Source of the DNA: the human T2T-CHM13v2.0 reference genome, Homo sapiens
Strand: one strand, 5' to 3'
NCBI RefSeq assembly: GCF_009914755.1
Contig: NC_060935.1
Length of the DNA stretch: 64,000 bases
Part shown: piece after piece, positions 1-16,309 of the stretch
Position numbering within the stretch: position 1 is the first letter of the stretch
Layout: every line of letters begins with the position of its first letter
The notes under the pieces: model-generated
What the model was told of the DNA's origin: nothing
Database searches by the model: none
What the model saw: the letters and a program-made list of their open reading frames with translations, nothing else
Translations under genes and position numbers: made by a program

Positions 1-528
1 CAAGACATAACTCTTTTTTCAAAAAAACTATGCAAATATTAAAAGAAAACAAGTTAATGTTTTTATAATCTATGAATATGGTAAAGATGGATAACATTGA
101 CTATCAAATTAATTTTTAATGCGTAATAAAACTATGAGAAAATTTAAAAGTGGGAAGAAACTACTTGTAACTCACATAATAGACTAGCACTTCTAACACA
201 TAGGGAACTTCTAAAACAAAACCCAAAATATTAATAGGAAAATGGGCAAAACAGTTAAACTTACAGTTCATACATAAGGAGAATCAGTCTTTTTTTTTTT
301 TACAGTTGTAGGCAAAAAACTTTTATTTTTCATTTATTTGTAAAATTTACCCCTAATTTATTCATAATTCATTTAACTGCTAAGGGCATTAATGTGTACA
401 ACGCCATGGGAGAAACCAGTATATTCAGAATTTCTCCTGAAATTTGACCAGAAGTTATGGGCATCCCTCCCCTGGGAAGGAGGCAGGCAGAAAAGTTTGG
501 AATCTATGTAGTAAAATATGTTACTCTT

Positions 529-599
529 TTATATATATACATATATGTGTGTATATGTGTATATATATATATACACACATATATACATACATACATACA

Positions 600-630
<31 letters not shown>
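529..630. repeat. (TA)n/(TG)n/(TACA)n compound microsatellite
   Basis: Directly visible tatatata...tacatacatacatac run. Confidence 0.95.
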
Positions 631-650
631 TATCTGAATTAGGCCTGGTC

Positions 651-1360
651 TTTTTTAATAGTTTAAGTTCTGGGATACATGTGCAGAATGTACAGGTTTG
701 TTACACAGGTATACACGTGCCATGGTTGTTTGCTGCACCCATCAATTCATCATCTACATTAGGTATTTCTCCTAACGTTATCCCTCTCCTTGCCTCCCAC
801 CCCCCGACAGGCCCTGGTGTGTGATATTCCCTTCCCTGTGCCCATATGTTCTCATTGGTCAACTCCCACTTATGAGTGAGAACATGCGGTGTTTGGTTTT
901 CTGTTCTTGTGTTAGTTTGCGAAGAATGATGGTTTCCAGCTTCATCCATGTCCCTGCAAAGGACATGAACTCATTCTTTTTTATGGCTTCAAGAAATGCA
1001 AATCAAAACCACAATGAGATGCCATCTCACACCAGTTAGAATGGCAATCATTAAAAAGTCAGGAAACAATAGATGCTGGAGAGGATGTGGAGAAATAGGA
1101 ATGCTTTTACACTGTTGGTGGGAGCGTACATTAGTTCAACCATTGTGGAAGACAGTGTGGTGATTCCTCAAGGATCTAAAACTAGAAATACCATTTGACC
1201 CAGCAATCCCATTACTGGGTATATACCCAAACGATTGTAAGTCATTCTACTATAAAGACACATGCACAGGTATGTTTATTGCAGCACTATTCACAATAGG
1301 GAAGACTTGGAACCAACCCAAATGCCCATCAATGTTAGACTAGATAAAATGTGGCACATA
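651..1360 (-). mobile_element. L1PA (L1PA7-like) 3' fragment with 5' inversion
   Basis: 651-988 is L1 3'UTR/ORF2 end on minus with T-tail at left; 989-1360 is the upstream ORF2 segment on plus; 13-bp TSD TAG(G/A)CCTGGTCTT at 640-652 and 1359-1371; TTTT/AAGA endonuclease site on minus. Confidence 0.9.
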
Positions 1361-1477
1361 GACCTGGTCTTAAAATCAAGAACAGAGATTGTTACTTTTA
1401 CATCCATTCCTAATTGATAAACCATTCAGTTATACCACATCTTAGCTTCTGGACTACAATGACCATATTTGGGGTTT

Positions 1478-2140
1478 TCTTTCTAATTTCATTATAGGTT
1501 CAGAGGGTACATGTGCAGGTTTGAGACAAAGGTATATTGCATGATACTAAGGTCTGGAGTACAAATGATTCCACCTCCCAGGTAGCAAGAATAATACCCA
1601 ATATGTAGTTTTTCAACTCTTTCCCCTCTTCCTCCATCCTCCCTCTGCTACTCTGTGGTGTCTGTTTCTCTCATCTTTATGTCCATGTGTACTCGATGCT
1701 TAGCTCCCCCTTGTAGGTGAGAACATGTGGTATTTGGTTTTCTGTTTCAGTGTTAATTCACTTAGGATAATGGCCTCCAACTGCATTCATGCTGCTGCAA
1801 AGGATGTGACTTTCTTCTTATTAGCTGCATATATTTTGTGGTGGATTTGTACCACATTTACTTTATCTAGTCCAAAGTTGTTGGGCACCCAGGTGGATTC
1901 CATGTCTTTGCTATTGTGAATAGCACTGGGACAACCCATACAAGTTCATGTGTCTTTTTGGTAAAACAATGTATTTTCCTTTGGGCATATATGCGGTGAT
2001 GGAATTGCTGGATCGAGTGGTAGTTTAACTCTTAGTTCTTTGAGAAATCCCCAGACTGTTCTCCACAGTGGCTGGACTAAGTTGCATTCCCACCAGCAGT
2101 GTAGAAGTGTTCCCCATTCTCTGTAGCCTCACCAGCACAT
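1478..2140 (-). mobile_element. Older primate L1 3' end (L1PA15/16-like)
   Basis: ggtacatgtgcaggttt...ggtatattgcatgat...gagaacatgtggtatttggttttctg...ggattccatgtctttgctattgtgaatag motifs of L1 3' end in antisense. Confidence 0.8.
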
Positions 2141-2309
2141 GTTAAACTATCTTTAAATATATGAAAAAAATGTTCAAGTCTCTCAGATTAAGATGCATGC
2201 AAAGTAAAATGATACTTAAATATCAGTTCTAACCTATAAAATATCAAATATCTGACCTCAATATTTGATAATCCAACCTGTTGATGAAGCTGTAGAGAGA
2301 GGCACTCTT

Positions 2310-5242
<2,933 letters not shown>

Positions 5243-5363
5243 TGACTTTTGGTCTAGCAATCCTACTTCTATCCTAAAGATATATTGGCAAAAATACAAA
5301 ATAATTGATGCACACAAGTCTATTCATTGAAGCATTGTTTTTCATAGTAAAGAACGGAAAGTA

Positions 5364-5663
5364 GGCCGGGCGTGGTGGCTCATGCCTGTGATCCCAGCAT
5401 TTTGGGAGGCTGAGGCGGGCAGATCACTTGAGGCCAGGAATTCAAGACCAGCGTGGCTAACATGGCGAAACCCCATCTCTACCAAAAATACAAAAATTAG
5501 CCGGGTGTGGTGGTGCACACTTGTAATTCCAGCTACTTGAGAGGCTGAGGTGGGAGGATCGCTTGAACCTGGGAGGCAGAGGTTTCAGTGAGCCCAGAAC
5601 GTGCCTCTGCACTCCAGCCAGGATGACAGAGCAAGACTCCATCTCAAAAAAAAAAAAAAAAAA
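5364..5663 (+). mobile_element. Full-length Alu (AluS/J), inserted in an old L1M remnant
   Basis: GGCCGGGCGTGGTGGCTCA start, A-rich linker, right arm, A-tail; TSD GGAAAGTA at 5356-5363 and 5664-5671. Confidence 0.95.
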
Positions 5664-6753
5664 GGAAAGTAACCAAATGACAATTAGTGAGTACTACTTG
5701 CAAAACTTGTACGCAATAGAGTATGAAGCAACTATAAAATGAGTGAGAAATATCTCCAAATACTACTCTAAAGTAATCTACAAGGTATACCTTAACTGAA
5801 AAGAAACAAAAAAGTGACACCAGAATGTTATTTTTATGTTAAAACAGGGATAAATACATTGGATTTACATGCATATATAAGTATATATTTTATAAATATT
5901 TAAATAAGCATACTTAAAATGGCAAAAACATAATCCATATATAATTTTCTTATGGCAGGAGGAGGAAACAGGGCAAGGCACAGGGATAAAAGTTATTCTG
6001 AATACATCTTATTTTATATTTTTGACTTTGAAATCATGTAGCTGTTTTATGTAACTTAAAAATGTAATTAAATTAACAGAAAAAAATTACAACTGCTAAA
6101 AATCAAGATCTGGCATTTTAATTAAGTTATAAAACATCGGAGAAAAGAATTGTTTCATAGGACACTAACATACAGACAAATTCATTTGGAACCCAATGAA
6201 TTAATGGGCCTAAGATAACAACCAATAGAAGCTAAAATGACGAGTAACTGTTTCAGAAGAAAACATATATGGAATGAATCAGCTGAAAATACCTGAACCT
6301 ACTGATCAATTTTTATATCACATGAAGTGAATACACATAAAGTATAATATGGAGCACATAGAACCAACTAGAAATGAGCCTAATTGGTAAATATTCTCTA
6401 TTTTATGATAATATACAGGAAATATGTCAAAGAGAGAAACATGCAAGAACACCGTAGGGTTTAATAAGATAATCACAAGGTATGGAATATTCAACAGGAT
6501 GAATATCCTGGATTATTCAGCAAATACACAGAGCTAAAAAGCAGGAGAAAGGAATTCATATATATTTTTAAAAACTAAAAAGATATATTAGCCAATGCAA
6601 CTTTGAAACTTCTTTAGATCCTGATTCAAATAGAGCAAATTTAACAAATATATTTGAAACTATTAAAATAATTTTAAAATGACTAAGTATTTGATTATAT
6701 CAAATATAGACAATAATAACCTTGAATGTACATGGATTAAATGTCCACTTAGG

Positions 6754-6897
6754 GGCTGGGTGTGGTGGCTCATGACTATAATTCCAGCACTTTGGGAGGC
6801 CAAGGCAGAAGGATTGCTTGAGGTCAGAGGTTCAAGTGCAGCCTGGTCAACACAGTGAGACCCTATCTGTACAAAAAACAAACAAAAATAAAAAATT
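6754..6897 (+). mobile_element. Alu left monomer (FLAM/AluJ-like)
   Basis: ggctgggtgtggtggctcat...agaccctatct + A-rich tail, no right arm. Confidence 0.85.
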
Positions 6898-6999
6898 AAC
6901 TAATTTTAAAAAATATATATTTCTTCTAAATTCTCCACCTGAAAGATATAGACTGACTGAATGAATTTTAACTATGACCTGACTATGTGCTTCCCTGAA

Positions 7000-7350
7000 C
7001 AAATGCACTTTACCTGTAAAACACATATTAACTAAAAGAAAAGAGATGGAAAAAGGTATTCCATGAACAGAAACCAAAATGAGTAGGAGTAGCTATACTT
7101 ATGTCAGACAAAACAGACTTTAAGTCAAAACTAGCTTTAGAAAAAAGACAAAAATGCTTATTATACAACGATAAAGGAATCAATCCAGAAAGAGGATATA
7201 ACAATTTTAAATATATATGCAGCCAACACTGGAGCAGCCAGATTCATAAAGCAAATACTACTAGATCAAAACAGAGAGGTAGACTCAAATATAATAATAG
7301 TGAAGGACTTCAACACCCCACTTTCAGCATTAAACAGATCATCTAATAAG
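7000..7350 (+). mobile_element. Old L1 ORF2 endonuclease-region fragment
   Basis: SDKTDFK and DFNTPLS peptides in different frames. Confidence 0.8.
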
Positions 7351-7354
7351 AAAA

Positions 7355-8316
7355 CCAATCTCGCAGCCCTCACCCTGGAGAGTCCACAGGGACCAGGGGT
7401 TGGTCTGAACCCCCAGCACAGAGCACCTGCCTCACGGAAGAGTGGCTGCATTTTTCTTCCTGCAGTTTTCAGTCCTCACTTCTCCTTACCAAACAGGGCC
7501 GCCTGGCCTGGGACTCCTGTACAACTACCCTGCCCCCCACCTGACCACTTCAATAAGAAGTAGCCCAGCATTTCTCCAAGGAGGAAATACCAGAGTCAAT
7601 TCACAACCACTGCAATTGTAGTGGTACCACCATAACAGCCCTTGGGCTGCAGAAGGAACTAAGAGTCTAATCACTACAGTGGCACCTTCAGCACACCACA
7701 GCCACCATACAGAGAGGAATCCAGCCCCCTCCCCTGGGAACCCCCACCACCCACTCCACCAGGCACAGCACCCAGCTCATAACTGCAGATCAGTTGCCCC
7801 ACCCACAGCTGAGCTTACCTACTGGCAGTGGCCCAGACTTTCCCTAGGGAGAGGCTCCCAGAGGCAAACGGCAGCCTCTCTGCCCCTGTCACAGCAGCAG
7901 TTCTATCCATGCTGTCCTCAGGCTTGGAAAGAAACAAAGCGCCTGAAGGCTGCACCTGAACTTACAGCATGCCACAGTTCCCATATGGAGAGGAGACCAG
8001 TCTCTTCTCCCAGTGAGCCCTAAACCCCCTGATCCCCAACAAGCAGAGCCCTAACCTCACACCAGCAGTACAGCTGCTCCATCCCCCAGGCTGAACATTC
8101 CCAGTAATAGCAGCTCCACCTGGAGATGGAGCCCCCAGGGTCAACCAAAAGCCCCTCTGCCACTGCCTCTACAGTGGTACTACCCCTGCTACCCTTGAAC
8201 TAACAAAGGAGCAAAGACCCCAGTGCTTTATCCACACCTCCAACAAGCTGCAGTCGACCACAAAGAAGAAACAAGTCTGTCTCCCATGGGTCCTACCCAC
8301 ACCCCCTGCTGTTCAC
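7355..8316 (+). mobile_element. Probable older primate L1 5'UTR (L1P4/L1PB-type)
   Basis: C-rich 1-kb block resembling my recollection of old L1P 5' ends; abuts L1 ORF2 sequence at 8317. Confidence 0.5.
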
Positions 8317-9092
8317 CATGAATGATAGAGTCAACAGTGTGAAAACGACCATACTGCCAAAAGCAACCTACAAATTCAATGCAATTCCCATCAAAATACC
8401 ACCATCATTCTTCACAGAACTAGAAAAAACAAGGCTAAAATTCACATGGAACCAAAAAAGAGCCCACACAGCCAAAGCAAGACTAAGCAAAAAGAATAAA
8501 TCTAGAGGCATCACATTACTCGACTTCAAACTATACTATAAGGCCATAGTCACCAAAACAGCATGGTACTGGTATAAAAATAGGCATATAGACCAATGGA
8601 ATAGAATAGAGAACCCAGAAATAAAGCCAAATACTTTCAGCCAACTGATCTTTGACAAAGCAAGCAAAAACATAAAGTGGGGAAAGGACACCCTATTCAA
8701 CAAATGGTGCTGGTATAATTGGCAAGCCACATGTAGAAGAATGCAACTGGATCCTCATCTCTCACCTTATAAACAAATCAACTCAAGATGGTTCACAGAC
8801 TTAAATCTAAGACCTGAAACCATAAAAATTCTAGAAGATAAGATTGGAAAAACACTTCTAGACATTGGCTTAGGCAAAGACTTCACAATCAAGAACCCAA
8901 AAGCAAACACAACAAAGATAAATAGATGGGACTTAATTAAACTGAAAGCCTTCTGCACATCAAAATAAATAATCAGCAGAGTAAACAGACAACCCACAGA
9001 GTGGGAGAAAATCTTCACAAACTATGCATCCAACAGAGGACTAATATCCAGAATCTACAAAGAATTGGAACAAATCAGCAAGAAAAAAAACC
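8317..9092 (+). mobile_element. L1 ORF2 fragment (post-RT region)
   Basis: 216-aa ORF 8318-8968 homologous to ORF2 ([33 protein letters not shown]). Confidence 0.9.
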
Positions 9093-9174
9093 AAACACAA
9101 GGATGACAGTGGAAATACAAAAACAAGACATAAATATTCTGAATAGTGATAATAAAACAGTGCATACCAGAATA

Positions 9175-10154
9175 CAAACTGTTTCCAAGTTACAATGGTT
9201 CAACCATTTTTCAGCTTTATGGTGGTGTGAAAGTGATATCCATTCATTAGAAACCATGCTCCAGGATGGGCGCAGTGGGTCACGCCTGTAATCCTAGCAC
9301 TTTGGGAGGCCGAGGAGGGCGGATCACAAGGTCAAGAGATCAAGACCATCCTGGCCAACATGGTGAAACCCCGTCTCTCCTAAAAATACAAAAATTAGCT
9401 GGGCATTGTGGTGCGTGCCTGTAATCCCAGCTATTCGGGAGGCTGAGGCAGGAGAATCACTTGAACCAGGGAGTCGGAGGTGTTGCAGTGAGCCGAGATC
9501 GTGCCACTGCCTCCAGCCTGGCAACAGAGTGAGACTCCATCTCAAAAAAAAGAAAGAAACCCGACTCCGAATTTTGAATTTTGATATTTTCCTGGACTAC
9601 CAATATGTGGCACAATGCTCTCTCACAATGTTGTGCAACAGCGGTGAGCTGCAGCTTCCAGTCAGCCAAATGATAATAAAGGTAGATAATCCATCTTGAT
9701 ATCTTCCTGAAGAACATAATGCCTGCCTACCATCAACAGGCATCAATACTTTCTACCAGCTATTCTCAACCCTCATGATCGGAAGAGACAGAGACTGACT
9801 GTGTCAAAGTATTAGTCCCATCATTCAGCAATTAACCTTAGCTCAATGCTTCAAAAATTCTTCAGGCCCTGTGTAATTTCAGCTACGTACATTAATGATA
9901 AGTACCCATACAACCATTCTGTTTCTTATTTTCAGTACCATATTTAATAAATATCAGTTATTCAATACTTTATTTAGACATTTTGTTAGATTATTTTGAC
10001 CAACTGAAGCCTAATCTAAATGTTCTGAGCATGTTCAAAGTAAGCTAGGCCAACCTATAATTTTCGGTGTGCTAAATGCATTTTTAACTTATGATATTTT
10101 CAGTTTACGGGGGTTTGTTGAGACAAAACTTCATCATACATCAAGGAGCATCTG
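9175..10154. mobile_element. TcMar-Tigger DNA transposon (MER47/Tigger5 family), interrupted by an Alu
   Basis: TA on both sides (9173-9174, 10155-10156); degenerate terminal inverted repeats caaactgtttccaagttac / tcaaggagcatctg; internal gagtacccatacaaccattctg motif recalled from MER47. Confidence 0.7.
9264..9553 (+). mobile_element. Alu (AluSc-like)
   Basis: Dimeric Alu with ggatcacaaggtcaagagatc and gcctggcaacagag; degenerate TSD agaaacc...ctcc. Confidence 0.9.
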
Positions 10155-11961
10155 TATATGGGATATAGTTAAAGCAGTGATCAGAGGAAAATCTATAGCC
10201 TTAACACATTTATTAATAAAAGTGTAGGAATTAAATTATCAGCTGAAAAATGTAAAAAGTATCTAAAAGAGTAAGCAGAAAGTACAAGAAAGAACCCAAA
10301 GTAGAAAAAAGTGAAAATTAATAAAATAAGAAGCCAAAAAACAGATCAAATCAGTAAACCAAAAATCTTGTTCTTTAAACAAATCAACAAAGTTGACAAA
10401 AAAATTAGATCTCTTAATCATGAATAAAAAAAAAGAGAAAGCACAAAAATGAATAAGGAATGGTGAGAGAAATAACTATTGATAATCAGCAAATAAAAAA
10501 TCATTAAAAACAATGTTGTTCACATCTATGAAAAACATTGAAAGCTAGAGGGAATGGGTAATTTTCTAGAAAAATACAATTCACCACAACTGACTTCAAA
10601 AAAAAAAAAAGAAGTACAGCACTTATGTGAGCAATTTCCATAGAGAAATACAGTTGTCATGGAATTATAACACACACACAAACACTAGGTTTAGATGTTT
10701 TCACGGAGAATTCCACCAAACCTTTAGAAATCAGATCGTCCAAAGGCAAATTAACAACCCTCAGCCATTTGCGGCAAAATATTACAATTGAGGCAAGATA
10801 TACTGTACTGAAAACTTGAGGAAAAAGCAGGAGAGAAAGTTCCTTTGGGAAATTCGAATACTCAAAAGTGCTTACATACAATGAAAAATTTGGAAATCCA
10901 TAAGCATGGCCAAGGTGGGACACATGCTCAGAAAAGGCCTGAGAAGACACTAATAACTCACCTTTAGTAATTCCTAGGCTCACAGCAAGAAAAAATGAAG
11001 GCTAAGGCAGAATTATACATGGCTCCGCTAAGTGTTGAGGGAGCCCCAATACAGAGTCAGTAAGCAAAGTCTGGGAGATGTTTTTCATATTTTTTTCTTT
11101 TTTGGCTCCTTGCAGTCAAGGAAATCATTTTTAAATCACTAAATGCTAAATGAACACAAGCTAAAGGAACCGAGCCTTCAAACATCAAACATAAAAAAGA
11201 ATGCAGATATTACAAAACCAGTTTACAAAAGTTACTAAACAAATAAAAACTACATTCCACAGTGGGTAACAAAAATAACCTTGAAGAAGGGAAAAATTTG
11301 GTTTCCAGAATAAACACATTATAATATCCAAAATGTCCAGTTTTCAACAAAAATTAAGAAGCATGCAAATAAACACAAAACTATGGCCCATTTACAGAAG
11401 AAATAAATGAGACTCTCCCTGAGTAAGCAGATATTAGAAATATTAGACAAAAACTTTATATAACTGTCGTAAATAAACTTAAAGAGCTAAAGAAACCCAA
11501 GAGAATGACATATAAATAAATAAGAAATATGAATTTTTTAAAAGGTACAAAAAAATTCTGAGGCTGAAAAGTACAATAACTAAGTAAAAAGTTACTTTTT
11601 ACTTAGGGTTCCAATAGAAGATTTGAGCAGCTGGAAAAAAGAATCAGTGAACTTGATAGATCAAATGAAATGATTCAGTCTGAAGAGCAGGAAAATGAAA
11701 GAATGACAACAAAAAAGAATAGAGCCTAAAGACCTGTGTAACAACATCAAGAATGCCTACATACAGAATCCTGGTGGGGAGTGAGGGGCAGGAAGACTAT
11801 TTGAAGAAATGTGTTTGAAAGCTTCCCAAATTTCACTAAAAACAAATATATACATTCAAAAAGCTCAGTGAACTTCAAGGAAATATACAAAGATATTCAC
11901 ACCAAGACACACTATGTTTCAAATTGTCAAAAGGCAAAGCGAATGTTTGAAAGCAGCAAGA

Positions 11962-12139
11962 GAAAGGCAACGCGTCATTTACAAAGGATCCTCAATAAGT
12001 TTGACAGCAGATAGTGCATTATAAGCCATGGATGCCAGAAGAGCTTAGGAAAAAGGCAACGCGTCATTTACAAAGGATCCTCAGTAAGTTTGACAGCAGA
12101 GAGCTCATTATAAACCATGGGTGCCAGAAGAGCTTAGGA
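11962..12139 (+). repeat. 89-bp tandem duplication (2 copies, ~7 mismatches)
   Basis: aaaggcaacgcgtcatttacaaaggatcctc...gccagaagagcttagga at 11962-12050 and 12051-12139. Confidence 0.95.
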
Positions 12140-12243
12140 TGACATTTTAAAGTTCTGAAAGAAAAAAACACTGTCAACCAAAAATTCTATAACTTGGAAG
12201 ATGCCCCTTCAAGTATTAAGGATAAATTACACATTCCCAGATT

Positions 12244-12331
12244 AAAAAAAAAGAAAGAGAGAGAGAGAGAAAGAGAAAGAAAGAAAGAAAGAAAGAAAGA
12301 AGAGAAAGAAGAAAGAGAAAGAAAGGAAGAA

Positions 12332-12364
<33 letters not shown>

Positions 12365-12372
12365 AAGAAGGA

Positions 12373-12428
<56 letters not shown>

Positions 12429-12470
12429 AAAAAGAAAGAAAGAAAGAGAAAGAAAGAAAGAAAGAAAAGC
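12244..12470 (+). repeat. (GAAA)n/(GA)n polypurine microsatellite
   Basis: ~225 bp containing only A and G. Confidence 0.97.
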
Positions 12471-15301
12471 AAGCAAGCTTTAAAAGTTCATGTTTGGTAG
12501 GCTGTACTTCAAGATACACTTTAAAAAAAAAGACTCCTTCAGATACAAACTAAAAAACACTAGAAAGTAACTCAAAACCACATAAAGAAATAACTCCAGT
12601 AAAGATAACTACATAGGTAAATATAAAAGCAATTATCACATTTTTGTAAGTCTTTTTTAATATTCTATATGTTTTAAAACAAATGTGTAAAATAATGACT
12701 ATAAATCTATGTTAATGAAGCATGATGTATAAAGATGTGGTTTGTGAAATTACCAACATAAAGAAATTCATAGGAAACTAAATAATAATAGAGATTTTGT
12801 ATACTATTGAAGTTGTTTCAATTTACTCTAAATTGTTCCAAATTAAGAATGTTAATTGTAAATCCCCATGGTAACCACTAAGTTAATATCTTTTGAAAAT
12901 ACAGAAAAGGAAAGCAGAGGGTAAACACAGTGATATGCTACAAAATAGCAACTAAACACAAAAGAAGGCGATAATTGAGGAAATTAGGAACAAAGGAGGT
13001 ATAAGACATACAGAAAACAAAAGCAAAATGGTAGGAGTAAGCCCCTCTTTATCAGTAATTACATTAAATACAAATGAATTAAACTCTCCAATCCAAAGAA
13101 AGAGATTGACAGAATGGATTTTTTAAAAATGATCCAACTATATTGTCCACAAGATACTCACTTTAGATCAAAATACACAATGAGTTGAAATGAAAAGATG
13201 GGAGAAAATATTCCATGTAAGTAATAACCAAAGGAGATCTGAGGCAAATATACTTATATCAGACAAAATAGACTTTAAGTCAAAAACTGTTACAAAATAC
13301 AAAGAACAGTATATATTGATTTCAAAATTAATTAAGAAGATATAACAATTATAAATATATGTACACCAACTAACAGGGCTCCAAAATATATAATGTAACC
13401 ATTGAGAGAATTAAAGGGAGAGACAGACAATTCCACGAAAATTGTTGGGCATTTGAAAACCCAACTTTAAATAAAAGATAAAACATCCAGAGCAAATATC
13501 AAGGGAGGAATTAGAGGATTTGAATAAAACTATAAGCAATAACTATAGATAACACTTCTCTCAAAAACTGCAGAATACACATTCTTCTCAAGTGAACATG
13601 GAACATTCTCCAGCACAGATGATACGTTAGGCCATAAGATAAGCTCAATAAACTTAAAAAGATTGAAATCATGCAAAGTATCTTCACTGGCCACAATGGA
13701 ATGAAATAAGATATCAATAACAAAAGAAAAACTAGAAAATTTACAAATATTTGGAAATTAAACAACACAGTATTTACCAACCAATGAATCAAAGAACAAA
13801 TCATGAGGGAAATTAGAAAATGTTTAGAGATGATTGAAAACAAATATATAACAAGATGGGTGTGATATATCAAAAGCAGTGCTCAGAGTTGTAACACCTA
13901 CATTTTAAAAAAGAAACATGTCAAATCAATAACCAAACTTTACTCAATAAACCGTAAAAGGAAGAGCAAACAAAATCCAGAGCTAGCAGAAGGAAGGAAA
14001 TGAAGATTAGAGCAGAGATAAATGAAATTGAGAATTAAAAAATTATACAGAGATCAACAAAATTAACAGGTGCTAGTAGAAAATATTAACTTTCTTTGTA
14101 TTAACAGGTGTTAGTAGAAAGTAGTAGTAGGTGCTAAGATAAAAGCCATAATTAAACCTCCTGGTGAATGAACACACCATCACCTACAATCTTACCAAAA
14201 ATAGAACCAAGCACGTGTCCTAGTCAAACCTCTGGATTCAACTGTCATTTGGATAAAACGCAAAGGATAGTGAAAATGTCGATCTTCACTGAGAGTCTCA
14301 CCAGCAAATTTCACAGTGTGGACACCAAGTGACAAAAATCCCAAATTTTTCAACAAATATATTGTATGGGAAAGAAAACTTTGAAAAGAAACCTGTATGT
14401 TAGAAGGGATTTTAAAAACACGACAAATGAAAACAAATGGGCAAGACTAAATCATAGTGTCTTGGAATGCATGCAGGAAGGACACAGCCGTGAAAATGCA
14501 AGGACACCTCTACTGGAACAGTCATGTTTATCGTTACTTTTCAGGAGAAAGGTGGCTGCAACTGAGGAGAGTCACATGCTTCAGGGCTGGCAAAGTCCTA
14601 TATCTTGACTTATGTGATGATTACAGGGATGTTTACAAAAATCAAACTATAAGTTTGTTTTGTGCCATGTTTTGTATTGTGTGTGTGTGTGTTTTGTTTC
14701 TCAACTTAAAAATAAATAAAATCAAAACCAAGGCTTCATTATCAAGTAGCACAAAGTCTCCAATCTATAACCTCCTTTGTCTGGATATCTGCATTTAACT
14801 ACCATTGCCAGAGCTAATCCTGACAATGCATTCATATTTTTAACACTGAAACACAGTAAACAGGGAAAATTTTGCTCCTCTAAAACAGGGCATCTTCAGG
14901 CAATCAGAACAACTCAGAAAGTTTCTGTCTGTTGCATAAAACTCCCCTGTGCAAAGAGTTACACAAAATGCTGTCATAGTAAAGGTAGTTAACTAACGGC
15001 ACTAATTGTTCTTGGGCAGTGGCCAAGTGGAACTTCAGAGACCTGGCATTGCCAGCCAGAAATCACTTGTCACGGGAATTGCCTCCTGGAATCACTTTGG
15101 TTGTCCCAGGGTAACGTAGGGAAAGTGGTTAATGGGTCACTTGGGGGTGGCATCTTCATCAGTAAATTACATTTACTTTCTCCTACTAAGAATTTTATTT
15201 TTGGCCATGAAGCCAGAAGTCAGCTCTTAAATAACAAGGGAAGCAAATAATCATTGAATAAAAATAGCAGAAAGAAAAAGCTGTGCAAAGAAATTTATGT
15301 T

Positions 15302-15371
15302 ATTAATTTGTTATATATGTATATTTTTATCATACTTTAAGTTCTAGGGTACATGTGCACAATGTGCAGGA
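15302..15371 (-). mobile_element. Extremely 5'-truncated L1PA 3' tip
   Basis: tactttaagttctagggtacatgtgcacaatgtgcagg with decayed T-tail; TSD AAA(G/A)AAATTTATGTT at 15287-15301 and 15372-15386. Confidence 0.8.
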
Positions 15372-16309
15372 AAAAAAATTTATGTTTTTAAAATTTATTC
15401 TACATTATGAATTCTACATTAGAAAAATAAACCATAGCCTCATCACAGGCACTTAAATACACTGAAGCTGCCAAAACAATCTATCGTTTTGCCTACGTAC
15501 TTATCAACTTCCTCATAGCAAACTGGGAGAAAAAAGCAATGGAATGAATAAAATGATAGCCACAAAAATCGAGGTGGGAGAAATACTTATTATATGTCCA
15601 TAAAAAATTTTAATTAATGCAAAGTATTAACACCAATGATTGCAGTAATACAGATCTTACAAATGATAGTTTTAGTCTGAACAGGACTATCCAAAAGTTA
15701 ATTTCTATAGTAACAGTTTTTAAATAAAATTTCAATTCCTGAAACACATAAAATGGTCCATGAGTATACAACGAGTGAAAAAAAACAAATTCAGAGCAAA
15801 CATAAATTAAGAAGTATCTAATATTCAAACATAGTCAAAGAGAGGGAGATTTCTGGATAATCACTTAAGCCCCTGGTTAAACATAAATGCACATATGTTA
15901 ATGTTTACTGAATAACTTATCGGTGCCAAGTGGTGTATTAATGATTCATTTTTATTTTTCACTAAATCTTTTCTCTAAAGTTGGCGTAGCCTGCAAGTAA
16001 ATGCAGGAAATCTGACCTAGAACCTGCACTTCTTACCATTTTGCTCATATTTATTCCCTGTGCATTTTTGTAACATGTATATGTTATATATATAGAAAGA
16101 GAGAGAGGCAGAGATGGAAAGTAATTTATGGAGTTTGATGTTATGTCAGGGTAATTACATGATTATATAATTAACAGAGGTTTCTTTTTAAATCAGCTAT
16201 ATCAATAGAAAAATAAATGTAGGAATCAAGAGACTCATTCTGTCCATCTGTGATAGTTCCATCATGATACTGCATTGTCAAGTCATTGCCCCAAAAATAT
16301 GGTTTAGCT

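Larger units (their letters stand above)
10160..14062 (+). mobile_element. Degenerate old L1M fragments (ORF2 piece, then 5' region/ORF1/inter-ORF/ORF2 endonuclease)
   Basis: A-rich strand; aagaatcagtgaacttga (ORF1), atcagacaaaatagactttaag, cacattcttctcaagt, tggaaattaaacaacac (ORF2) motifs; boundaries approximate. Confidence 0.7.

Noticed and set aside
444-824. YIHT-repeat ORFs (also 25403-25766)
   Set aside because: Translations of TA/TACA microsatellites and L1/Alu sequence
12187-12553. Lys/Glu/Arg-rich and Phe/Leu/Ser-rich ORFs
   Set aside because: Translations of the (GAAA)n microsatellite
14062-14120. 21-bp direct repeat attaacaggtg(c/t)tagtagaaa at an L1 breakpoint
   Set aside because: Probably a small repair-associated duplication; nothing supports a function
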